Source of the DNA: Sporopachydermia quercuum
Taxonomy: Eukaryota
Length of the DNA stretch: 64,000 nucleotides
Reading direction: 5' to 3'
Assembly: GCA_001599295.1 (NCBI GenBank)
Contig: BCGN01000003.1
Coordinates: forward strand, 1,488,001-1,552,000
This document shows, piece by piece, positions 48,062 through 58,692 of the stretch; position 1 is the stretch's first letter, and the number at the start of each line of letters is the position of its first letter. The translations under genes were made by a program, and so were the position numbers. The notes beneath the pieces are model-generated. The model was given only the letters and a program-made list of their open reading frames with translations, searched no databases and had not been told where the DNA came from.

Positions 48062-48995
48062 TTAGATCTTTTCTTCCTTGACACCGTGCTTCCAGATGAT
48101 AACATAAGGAGTAGTTCCATCTTCACGGTAATTAAGAAGAACAACCATTCCATCGGGATCCATGGATTCACCAGTGTAGAAATCGTAGTCCTTGAAGTTT
48201 CCAATGATCTTCTTGACGTAAGATTGGGCACCCTTTTCAAATTCACTAACAGCATCAGGGTTGTTTTCCTGTAAGTAAGCCTTAACAGCCTTCATGTAAC
48301 CCTTGATGTAAGTCAAGAAAGATTTCTTGTCGAAAGAGGTTTGTTGGAGACGGAAAGAGTAGACAATATTATTGACGGTTTCAACACCATCTTCAACACC
48401 TTCTTCAGCATCTTCAGCGGAAGGATTAGCTCCAATGTCAACATCACCTTCTCTGACTTGGACTAAAGAGCAGTCGGCTTCATAGACAACTCCATCGACT
48501 TCCTTAGGGTCGTAGGCATCGGAGAGAAGCTAATAATGTTAGTATCAATTTGCTGAAACTGAAATCATACGAGATTAACTCAAAGTAGCTTCTGTGTCTG
48601 AAATCATCAGATCAAGGCTTACCAACAATACAAAGGGANATGTTTGGCCATAAACTGATCATGAAGATGCCGACTAAAAATCAAGTCTCCAAGTGTGTTG
48701 TTTGCTGGAAGTCTTATATATTCAACCACTTACCTCATCACCAGAAATAACGTCCTAAAATAACAGTTAGTAAAACTATTTTAAAAATGGAACTTCATAT
48801 TTTTTCAATTGAACAAAGCAGGATGAATAACCAACCGATCAACCGAGGAAACGATGTCAAGAAAATGTTCTTGTCTCATTTCTCTTCTATCAAGCTTCAT
48901 TTCCTTAGGACCAATCAACTAGCATTCATGCTTCCAATGTAGAGTCAAATCATCCTAATCATTCTCCATAATTAACTTACTTTGAAAATAATCAT
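48062..48995 (-). CDS. TMA19: Translationally controlled tumour protein homolog, 3 exons, 167 aa
   Basis: Exons 48995-48981 (MIIFK), 48754-48734 (DVISGDE) and 48529-48062 (LLSDAYD...GANPSAE...YTGESMDPDGM...WKHGVKEEKI). Introns of 226 and 204 nt with GTAAGT/TACTAAC/TAG. Confidence 0.97.
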
Positions 48996-49805
48996 GTTAA
49001 GAGATTTTTAGTAACTGCAATTTAATAAAATTTTTATTAAAACGGTTTGGATAAAGCTTGCTTCACAATTGTTCGTATCAAATGTATATCCCGCTTTGCG
49101 ATTAAGAAGGAAGAAGCTTATTAGAGCCTCAGGTGAACTTTTCAAACGTGGTGGAAATAAATTTTTTTCCCTTCCTTACTGTAAAAACAGTTAAGTTCAG
49201 GCGGATTGCAGCTACTTACTGATTATGTGATATTAAATGCAATGTAACACATCACATATGCATGCTGGGATAATCACTATTTAGTATTAAACAGTGTACT
49301 TATCAGAACACTTTTCTATTGCTTCACGTCTCCTCTTGAGGTGAAATTTATGCTCAAAAACGGTAATTCCTAAAGGTAGTTCTGGAGATTAATGTTGAGA
49401 GGATACCTTAAACAGGACATTAGATTAGGAATCAAAAGGCAGTAACTGATGCTGATAGCATTGTAATTGGTTTATTGATTATGATCAGGTAGTATATTTC
49501 CCGACGGATAGATCTAGTGTCAATTGAGCTGTTTATAAAGTATTTTTGCATGTTTTCATGGTATGCTTAGAGAAATTGGCTGCTACATGATTCGAGCGAG
49601 CTTTACTAGAATCAATTGCTTCCTTGCTTAGTGTGCGTTATCTGAGTGGATGTATGCACAATAAGTAAGAATACATAACAACACTTGCTATCTCAATTGC
49701 CAACAGATTTGCCAATTCTGGTTGCTTTTCTCTTGGTTTTTCGCTCTTTTCATATTTATTTTGCTACCGAACTTTCTCCCTGGTGCTTAACACTCATGTT
49801 CTGAT

Positions 49806-52800
49806 ATGGAATCTTTCACCTGGTCTGTCAGTAAATGCAGACGAGTTCTAAGACCACTAGACTCTAAGATCAGTAAATACAGAGAAGAGCTGTATTCTTA
49901 TCCTAATATTGCATCATCAGTCGAAACGGAAAACGATGTCTTCTACCTCCAGAAATTGTTGCCGCAACATCAGAGACAAAACTATACTGCATCTAGCAAA
50001 GATGGTGTATCACGAACCTCAAGCAAAGGTTCCAATCGAAAATGCTATTCACGGAAAAGACAAGACCAAAGACCTAGCAGTAACTCTTCGATATCACTGG
50101 AAAGTTCAATAGGTGAAATATCAGATGAAAACACTTCGGACTCAACATTTTTTATGTCTGATAATGGAAATGATGATCAGGCTACCGATACCGAATGGAG
50201 CCCATATGATGAGCTACCTATAAGAATGAATAAAAAAGGTACTTTAAATACTAACAAAAGTAGAAATGCTTCTACAGCCACTCACAAACATTCAGCTGAT
50301 TATTTAACATTTGAAGATGTTTATCTTTCGTCAGGCTTCTCATTGTCTAACAGTAGTATTGATGATACTGGTGAGTCCACAATGGCTGCTAGTAGTGAAC
50401 TAATATCGTATCTGCAAACCCATTTGGATCCTTTAGCATTTAAATGCCAATGTGAAATAGTTACAGCTTTCAAGCACTTTCTAGCAGCAGTTTTCCCTGA
50501 GGGCACAAAGAAAACCATCAACATATCATTAGCTAGAAACGCCGCTTTTACCATAGGTCGTCTGGTGCATGTAACATCAGAAGAAATTGATGAGAGCTGT
50601 TGGTACGAATATTTTGAGACCATTGGAGCTTATAGGAGATTCATNGTATTAGGACAAGGTCTTGAATCATTAGTTGATTGTATGCGGATTATGCCCGAGA
50701 TGATCATTTTTTTAACTCTCTATACTAGAGAGCAGAAACAAACGTTTCTATCTCATACACTGTTTGATACACTATGCTCTGTGCTTTCTTTACAAGAGAT
50801 GTTGATTTCTCTTGAGCTTTTGGCAGATATAGAGAATTACATTCAGTATAAAGGGAACGCTGGTTTATCTGGTGTTCATAGTATTGTTATCAAGCATTTA
50901 TACTCTAAAGCTGAGTCTGCTGATGAGAAGGTTCTATCATCTAGTATTGATTTCAATGCATTTACCAATGCAGTATGCAACTACATCACTGATCTACTTA
51001 GTAAAAAAGGTGTCTATCCTAATGGGAGACTTACATATAATGATACTAAGATTATGGAGTCATTGCTGATGTTTTTACTGGAGAATACTAGTAGACGCTT
51101 AGGCATTGATGCTGATGCTGAAAATAATGAAACCATCAATAACGGTAGAACCAATGTTGAGGTGAATCCGGTTTTGTTGTATGATCAATGTGAGAAGATA
51201 ATTCATTTGCTGATAAGATTATGGCAACCAATGTTTTATAACAAAGATATGTGCATGAGTAGTGACACTAGCATTAGCATTAACACTGGCAGAATCATGA
51301 AAACTAGTGCTACACTCAAAAACAACGGTAGAATCATTAAAAAGTACAGCAAAATAACTATTCCTCTAATTTATTCTGTTAGCATGCTTCGGACAGTTCA
51401 AATATGTCTATCATTGCTACCAGATCATCATTATTTCTCCCCTTTAAGACTATCGCTTTTCCTCTATCATGAAACCATACTTCGATGTTGTATGACATCC
51501 AAAAAGCTAGGATATAAATGTCGTTATGAACATACACTGAGTAGATTATCTAAGGATGTCCTAGATGATATATATGAATCAATGGTTCATGTGCTTGATA
51601 ATGATGACGATATGTTAATGAAAGTTGTTATAGCAGAAGGATGTGTTTATTGCATGCCTGAAGGTGGAATGAGATTAGCTCAATTGTTTGTTGATGATAA
51701 GACTAACATGAAGAACGTGTTATGGAAAGATGGCATTGAAAAGGAAGTTATGAAAAGAATGAGAAATGGTGGTGATTATGATGATACATATGATACTGAT
51801 GATTGTTTCCAAGCAGCAGGAGTATTCATTGATGATAGGAATAGCCATACTAGCTGTAAGAATAGTAATAAGGATACCAGTAGTATGACAGTTGCAGAGA
51901 TTAATGGGATTGTTGATAATAGTACCAGTAATAGTAAAACTACTGAAAATACTGACTTCTTCGTTGAATGCGACTCAGAGATTGACTTACAAGATGTTCA
52001 GCAGCATATTACAAGAATAATACAAACATTGAAGCCTGACGTATCAGAAAACAATGATTTATTCTATGTAAGTGAGAAAAGCAGTAATTGTGACAATAAC
52101 TATAATACTAATGGTGATACTAAGAAAAGAACCAGAAACACAGTATTACTGAGCAAATCGACTCAAACATCTCGGCAAGACNTTATAAGCTTTTGGAAAC
52201 AAATCGTTGATGACGAGTTTAGCCATGAATGCGAAAATCTAAGGTCTTGCAAACCTGTAAAAAGAAGATTTAATCAATTTGATGATAGTTCTAATGGAAC
52301 TACTTGTAATGCTACTGATAATGCTACTGGAAATGTTACTGTTGATACTACTGATAACGATACTAGTAATGATGAGACAAGGCCACTGGAAAGTATAAAG
52401 AGTAGAACTAGGAATGGAACTAGAACATCTGAGGATATGAATAGAATGAATGGAACTGGTGGTGCTAATAGTAGTAACACTAGTAGTAGCAGTAGTAGTG
52501 CGAAGTCAACAACAAAGGAAAGGACGAGGAAAAGAAGAAAGGTTGACAAAAGTAACAATAGAAGTAATAGCACAACTGTACCTATTACCATACGACCTCA
52601 AAACTATCAACGTAAAGACCGGATTAAAGCATCAGCAACTCCAAAATATGGACTACGATCGTTTGATGATGATTTGATTGTTATAGACAATTCAATCGAT
52701 AAAGATAAACTGAAGAAACTGTTTGAGTCTGTTGCTAAAACCTTCAAAGTTAATATTATGAGAAGAGGAAAAGATGCGTCCCTTAATGATAGGAATAATA

Positions 52801-52919
52801 GGAGCAACACGAGCAATAGAAGCAACAGAAGAAACGACAGAAGATTACGATCATCAACATTGTTTTTGCAATTACATCAGAGGGAGAGTATAGTTGATGA
52901 TGGTGGCATTATTAGATGA
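49806..52919 (+). CDS. Uncharacterised 1037-aa protein with helical core and low-complexity N/S/T/D/R tail
   Basis: Uninterrupted 3.1-kb ATG ORF with no recognisable catalytic motif; basic NLS-like KERTRKRRK. Confidence 0.8.
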   Translation: MESFTWSVSKCRRVLRPLDSKISKYREELYSYPNIASSVETENDVFYLQKLLPQHQRQNYTASSKDGVSRTSSKGSNRKCYSRKRQDQRPSSNSSISLESSIGEISDENTSDSTFFMSDNGNDDQATDTEWSPYDELPIRMNKKGTLNTNKSRNASTATHKHSADYLTFEDVYLSSGFSLSNSSIDDTGESTMAASSELISYLQTHLDPLAFKCQCEIVTAFKHFLAAVFPEGTKKTINISLARNAAFTIGRLVHVTSEEIDESCWYEYFETIGAYRRFXVLGQGLESLVDCMRIMPEMIIFLTLYTREQKQTFLSHTLFDTLCSVLSLQEMLISLELLADIENYIQYKGNAGLSGVHSIVIKHLYSKAESADEKVLSSSIDFNAFTNAVCNYITDLLSKKGVYPNGRLTYNDTKIMESLLMFLLENTSRRLGIDADAENNETINNGRTNVEVNPVLLYDQCEKIIHLLIRLWQPMFYNKDMCMSSDTSISINTGRIMKTSATLKNNGRIIKKYSKITIPLIYSVSMLRTVQICLSLLPDHHYFSPLRLSLFLYHETILRCCMTSKKLGYKCRYEHTLSRLSKDVLDDIYESMVHVLDNDDDMLMKVVIAEGCVYCMPEGGMRLAQLFVDDKTNMKNVLWKDGIEKEVMKRMRNGGDYDDTYDTDDCFQAAGVFIDDRNSHTSCKNSNKDTSSMTVAEINGIVDNSTSNSKTTENTDFFVECDSEIDLQDVQQHITRIIQTLKPDVSENNDLFYVSEKSSNCDNNYNTNGDTKKRTRNTVLLSKSTQTSRQDXISFWKQIVDDEFSHECENLRSCKPVKRRFNQFDDSSNGTTCNATDNATGNVTVDTTDNDTSNDETRPLESIKSRTRNGTRTSEDMNRMNGTGGANSSNTSSSSSSAKSTTKERTRKRRKVDKSNNRSNSTTVPITIRPQNYQRKDRIKASATPKYGLRSFDDDLIVIDNSIDKDKLKKLFESVAKTFKVNIMRRGKDASLNDRNNRSNTSNRSNRRNDRRLRSSTLFLQLHQRESIVDDGGIIR

Positions 52920-53152
52920 TAACCGGTAAAGCAAGAACGATAATTGGTTTATGCTATGAACATAGTAGGTATATTCATTGGCATTAGTACATATAATGAA
53001 AATAAAGATAGGGATATAATATTAAATTATGCGGGCTTTATGAGAATTACCATAAGTTGAATTAGAATATATGTTATCATATAAAATTGTTACTATTTAG
53101 AATAGTAGGGAATAATAGGGGAATAAGATGTTGTATTTTCATTGTTACTTCT

Positions 53153-53203
53153 CTTCTTCTTCTTCTTCTTCTTCTTCTTCTTCTTCTTCTTCTTCTTCTT
53201 CTT
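53153..53203. repeat. (CTT)17 microsatellite
   Basis: Perfect trinucleotide run between two convergent genes. Confidence 0.95.
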
Positions 53204-53635
53204 GGTTACTCGTCAGAACAAAGAATTACATGGTGTATATAAATAACATATAAAAGTACTTTGTCTTATAGTTAATACTCCTGCCTTTATGATGCGGATT
53301 AAATATCAAGTCTTTGGGTAAGAGAGAAGGTGGTATTTTCTCAGTATGTGGCGTTTCATAGCATCACCGTTTTGATCAAAGTACTTTAACAAAAGAAGCA
53401 GTACTGTTGGACCTCTTGATTTACATTCCGCTGTCCGATGATGACTTGATATGATGAGAATTAAAGAACTTCAGTGATAGACTTGATAGTTTGTTAAATT
53501 TCGATACTGATTTTGCAATATATTCATATGGATGGAAGACCATCTGTAATGATGATAGTAGTAGTGGCAAGGATAATCAAATGGAGATTGTTTTGTTTGC
53601 TTGATCNTGTATTTATCTCAAGGCATTTGGTACTA

Positions 53636-54842
53636 TTACATGGAATACCCATTATCAATATACATAGTAGTACCTGTGACTTGTTTTGCTAATGCAAGAT
53701 ATAAAGCAGCCTCGGCAACAGATTCAGGGTCAATAAGTCCTGAATTAAGTGGTGAAGCTTTAAATTGATTTATTGCTGACTCGGACATTGCTATATTATT
53801 TTCCCCTATGTTAATGATGTTATTTTAATGTCTTTCAAATAAATTTGCATAGAATTGCTCATTAGCTTTATACTTACTATTCAGCATATCAGTTTCTGCT
53901 AGTCCTGGGGCTATTGAATTGACTCGTATATTACGGGATCCTAGCTCCATCGCTAAAGCTTTAGTAAATCCTATGATTCCTGCTTTGCTTGCCGAATATA
54001 CACTTGTTCCGATTCCTCCTTTTAATGCAAGGACCGACGTTATATTTATGATACAACCTATTGCATTGGTTTTGATGTCAGTAAGAGAGGAAGTGGATGA
54101 AAATATATAAGTGAAAAAAAGAAGAAAAAAAATATCAAAAAAGAAAATAAAAATAAATCCTTATTAGTTATAATACAAGAGTAAAATCATAATAGTCGTT
54201 ATTGCAGTTATTAATAATACAACAATCGTCCATCACGCTTATGCTACCTACCTTGCTTATTACGAATCATAGGCTTAATAACAGATTGAGACATATTTAT
54301 TGTTCCTATCAAATTCGTATCAATAATTTGTTTGATCTCCTCTTTAGAGGTAGAAAGTAGCAGAGAATTCTGAGAGATCCCTGCACAGTTAACAAGTATG
54401 CTCGTTCCCTTAAGAACCTACATCAAGATTATTGGATTATGTTAGTAATGCGCGAAATGTGAACTATGATGCAATATTCACTCACCTGTGGATCAATCTG
54501 CTGGGGTTTGGAAACGTCAAGAGGATAGTATTCATGAGATTGGCCATTGGCCGTTGATAGAGATGCTACTGCCGTTGATAGATTGGATTCATTTCTAGCA
54601 ATGAGATTGCAAGTGGCACCATTGATAGCGAATTTCTTAGCAATGGCTAGTCCTAGCCCGTTTGATCCCCCAGTGATGATACATTTCTGATTGTTCAAAG
54701 AGCTTGGTTGTTCTGTAGATAGTTTCCGGATGGATATCTTTATAGGTATGAAGGAGGTGGATTTCTGACTGGTGTATAGTTGAACAAGGTTGAAGCTTCG
54801 TAGCAGGTTGCGCCGGAAATGATGATGGAGGATATGATTCAT
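53636..54842 (-). CDS. OAR1: Mitochondrial 3-oxoacyl-ACP reductase-like SDR (FabG/Oar1/CBR4), 4 exons, about 285 aa
   Basis: Exons 54842-54486, 54417-54252, 54057-53878 and 53790-53636 splice in frame. TGGSNGLG, LVNCAGI, IINITS, catalytic YSASK, RVNSIAPG and VTGTTMYIDNG motifs; presequence-like N-terminus. Confidence 0.85.
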
Positions 54843-56397
54843 TTGTCACAGGAGTTTTATGTTTATGCTTATTATTCTAGTTTTGTTCTATATATTTTAT
54901 ATACGTATTTGGGTAGATGAATAGTAAATAGAGGAAGCGTTAAATGGACGAAGTGAAGAACGGAAGAGAAGATATGGGATGAGATGAAAAATAATATCTT
55001 TAAGTTGGGTTGAAATGCATGAATATGCATTGAGAACCTAGCTAGCCTACAAAATATAACTAGGTTTAGAATTCAAATTGCCATTCAAACCAGAAAAATA
55101 TAGAATAGAATTTGAACAAGAAGATGAAAAGAAACAAGCTATGGGCAGATATGGGGAGTAAGCAGGGAAGCTATTATGTACTTTTTAGTTTTATGAATTA
55201 TATAGGTGGAATAGCAAAAACAAGACAAAGTCGTATATTTTTTCTACTTACAAGAAAAGATAGACTAGTATCGTAAGACATGGCTAGGATAAGGTTCCAT
55301 TACAATTTTGCAGAGTAAACTTTATTTACTATATTCAGCAGTCTGAGTACTAAACACTTTCAAACATGTTTGTTTTCCATAAATTGATTTATTGCATAAA
55401 GCATATAACTGATTCAATAAGCTCTTAATTGAATTAATGTTTATTGGTGTGTATGTTGCAGCTTTTGGTGGTACTTGTTTCTCCGAAACGCAGAAATGAT
55501 AGTGAAATATTACTAACATATGAAAATAGAATCGAACTGTATTTCAATTGCTATATCGACGACTGAAAAATCGCTTCTTTCTCTAATTGAAATAGCTTTC
55601 AAAATAAGTTCTTATAGTTATTATATTTATTNTGTGTTGGTTTGATACTCAATCAACCAATAATATTATTCGTTAGTTGAACAACACCCAAATTCACTTG
55701 CTCTAAAGGGGTATCCTCATTGCTTAAGGTGANATCTGTTCGATGGAAAGGGTGGCATCAAGAAGTATGTCAATTAAGTTAGTTTCCCACAACTTAAAGC
55801 TCTGGTTAACTTAAAAAGAAACCCCTGTTCCACCAGTGGGTGAATTCATTAGTTGACCAAATAGTTATTAGACCAATCCCCAGTTGCAATTAATGTGCAC
55901 TAATTTGATATTAATCTCTAATGAAATAAAAAAATAACGTTATATTAAGCATTCGATATTAAATATGATTGGACGAATGAATTCATTCTCATTCTAATCT
56001 GAGCATTTAGAGTTTACTGAACATCTAGCCTCAGAAATAACATGCATAGAATCTAAACCTTATTAAGTCTTCTCTAGTCCGTCCATTAACTAGATACTTC
56101 AATTATGGATATTCTTAAATGTATATAAAACAGAAATGCTCAGCGAATGGAATACTAGCCAATCTAGGCATATTTATTCATGCTACTGTGCTTTTCCACC
56201 TGTTCTTCCGTCAATAGTTAGAATCAACACCAAACACTCAACACTTTCCACTATACACTTATACACTATGCTCTACCATTATCGCCTACTTAACTTGCTA
56301 CTAAAGCCGTGACGCTTGTTCGTTTTCTTATAAACCAAATTCAATTTGAACATAACAGTCAAACCAACAAATTCTCCACTCCACTACAGAACATATT

Positions 56398-58692
56398 CTA
56401 CACATTCAAGTCAACAGAAACAAAACTTGCACCAAGTTTGATCGACCCTCTTCCATCGGGGAACTCAAACCAATCTTCTCCATCTTTAACACTCTTCAAG
56501 AGCTCTTCAGCACCAATCGCTAAGGAGGCACCTGATCCAGCTCCAGCAATATTAATCCTGAACTTGGACTTCGATTTGTCTTTAACAACAAACGTATGAC
56601 CATCATCCCATACTGGAGCATCTCCTTTCTTTTCCTTTGTTTCAAATATGACTTCTTTGTCAAGATATACAACAGCTTTGGATTTACCACCCTTACCATT
56701 CTTAAGACTTTTGCAACCTGCAACTGNGAGTTTGTAGATACCAGAAGGCAAATCGATTTCTTCTGGTTTGACTTCTTTCTCTTCTTCCTCTTTAGCATCA
56801 GAAGCAGCTTCCTCGGTTGCCCCAGCCTCAGGAGGAACAGATTCAACATCTTCAGCTTCTTTTTCAGCTTCTTCCCTTTCTACTTCCTTAGCTTCAGTAG
56901 CTTCTTTCTTCTGCTTGGCTCCTGTAGCAATCTCAGTTATATCTTGGGAAGCCTTTTGCAAATGCTTCTGTAGAACTGACGGAGCAAATTTCACATCAAC
57001 AAGAAGTTCACCACGCTTTTTGTTGCTCATCATCACGGGTAAATGGAGATCCTCACGGACGGCTTTCTTTTCCAAGATTGACAAGGGGAATGTAGCCATA
57101 CCAACAGGATCGTTCTTTCGGATTTCATTATAATCAGTCAATTCAAACGTTAACAATTCAGTCAAGCTATTAGCCACAAGATACTTGGTTTCATTCCAGA
57201 CAGGAGATCTGGTATCGTTCTTTCTACTTGTAGTTGCCAGGGCCTTCTTTCTACCAATGGATATCTCAACAAAGGGATCCATTGAACCACCAATATAATT
57301 GGCACCTTTCAAGTTCGTAGCACGTTTCACAGTGATGATGAGAATACCAATTCCAGCGTCAATGTCGCCAGCAAGTAACTGAGGAATATTTAATTCGTAG
57401 GAGAAAGGAGAGTAGAGCATAGGACCTGCAATACCTTCTGCCATATCATTAATGAACTTCATAAGCCCTGGAAGTGCTAAAAGCTCACTTCCAAAGACGG
57501 AATCACCAATTAGAGGTTTAGCCACGAAATCAAAATAAGGTCTCTTCATTAAGGAAATAGCAACAGTTTGAACATGGGGAGCAGCAGTCATAAGTCGCAC
57601 TCTCACTCTGACATCAAGAGCCAAAGCAAAATCACGAACCGCCACTGGGATAGTAATTCCATAAGCCTTCGCAGTGACAACAAGCTTTTGGTTAACCTTG
57701 TTCTTCAATAAGATCAATGGGCTGTCAACGGAATCATTGGGAGTGAATGAGATTTTCCAGTCCATAACAACCACATCAGGCTCAGTATTAGTAAAAGTCT
57801 TAACACTATCAATTCTTGGTGGTTTGGTGCCAACAGTGAATACATCTAACCCAAGTGATTGGATAAACTTGGGAGCCTTTTCAATCATAATTGGATTAGC
57901 ATTTTCGACAACGGTCTTAGAAATAAATGGCTCAGCAAAGCACCATAGCTTCGTAAGCGTATAGTTCAACCAGTCAATAGATTCATAATCGGTTTCAATT
58001 TTACGAACAGAAAACTCACTGGCAACTTCATCTCGTAAGTTTCTTCTGTATTTTCTAATAGAATTCCGATAGACTATAGCTGCTATGACCAGGATGAAAA
58101 ACAATATATTTAGTCCCCCACCAAATCTACCAATAACCCAAGAAACCAATCCGAATACAAAAAAGTATCCAGTGTTATGATACCATTCACCATAGAATTT
58201 TTCAGGAATGATTTTTTCAAATGGTGTTGGTCTGCCTAAGAGATCAGAAAATTCCTCGCCAGGATATATTCTGTCTTCTTCGGTCCATCTGCTTGTTTCT
58301 TTCCAACCAGTATATTTTGGCTCTAGAGGTTCTCTTTTCTCCTTTTCTGCTTCCTTTGCTGCTTCTTCAACCTTTTTAGGATCTACTGATTTGGAGGGCG
58401 AAGATTCTTTCTCAGCTTCCTTAGTGGCGTTTCCTCTAGAAGCTTGAGGTTTCTACACAATATTGTTAGTAGTTGTTCTGAGAGTATTGTCATACCAATA
58501 CAAACAAAAGTTTGTATTCGATTGATTACTGGGAACTGGATAGAAAAAAGAAGTTGTTCATACCTTTGGTTCCATATTTGGTTCCACATTTGGAGCAGAT
58601 TCAGTTTTCTGGGTACCATTTGCTTGGACCTGTTCGACTTTTGGCTGTTCTTCCGCCAGGGCTGTTGGGTTTGCTTGCTTCTGTTCGGACAT
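56398..58692 (-). CDS. Short tricalbin / extended-synaptotagmin-like protein (TM hairpin, SMP, C2), 2 exons, about 727 aa
   Basis: Exons 58692-58564 and 58452-56398; 111-nt intron GTATGA...TACTAAC...TAG. YTGWK and WYHNTG motifs, TM hairpin, SMP domain (ESIDWLN, FTVGTKPPRIDSV, MDWKISFTPND) and C2 domain (MDPFV, PVWNET, DYNEIRKND). Confidence 0.9.

Noticed and set aside
8457..58692. Lipid gene cluster (lipase, MDM31, FAS1, OAR1, tricalbin)
   Set aside because: The genes are dispersed among unrelated housekeeping genes and act in different compartments; FAS2 and tailoring genes are absent.
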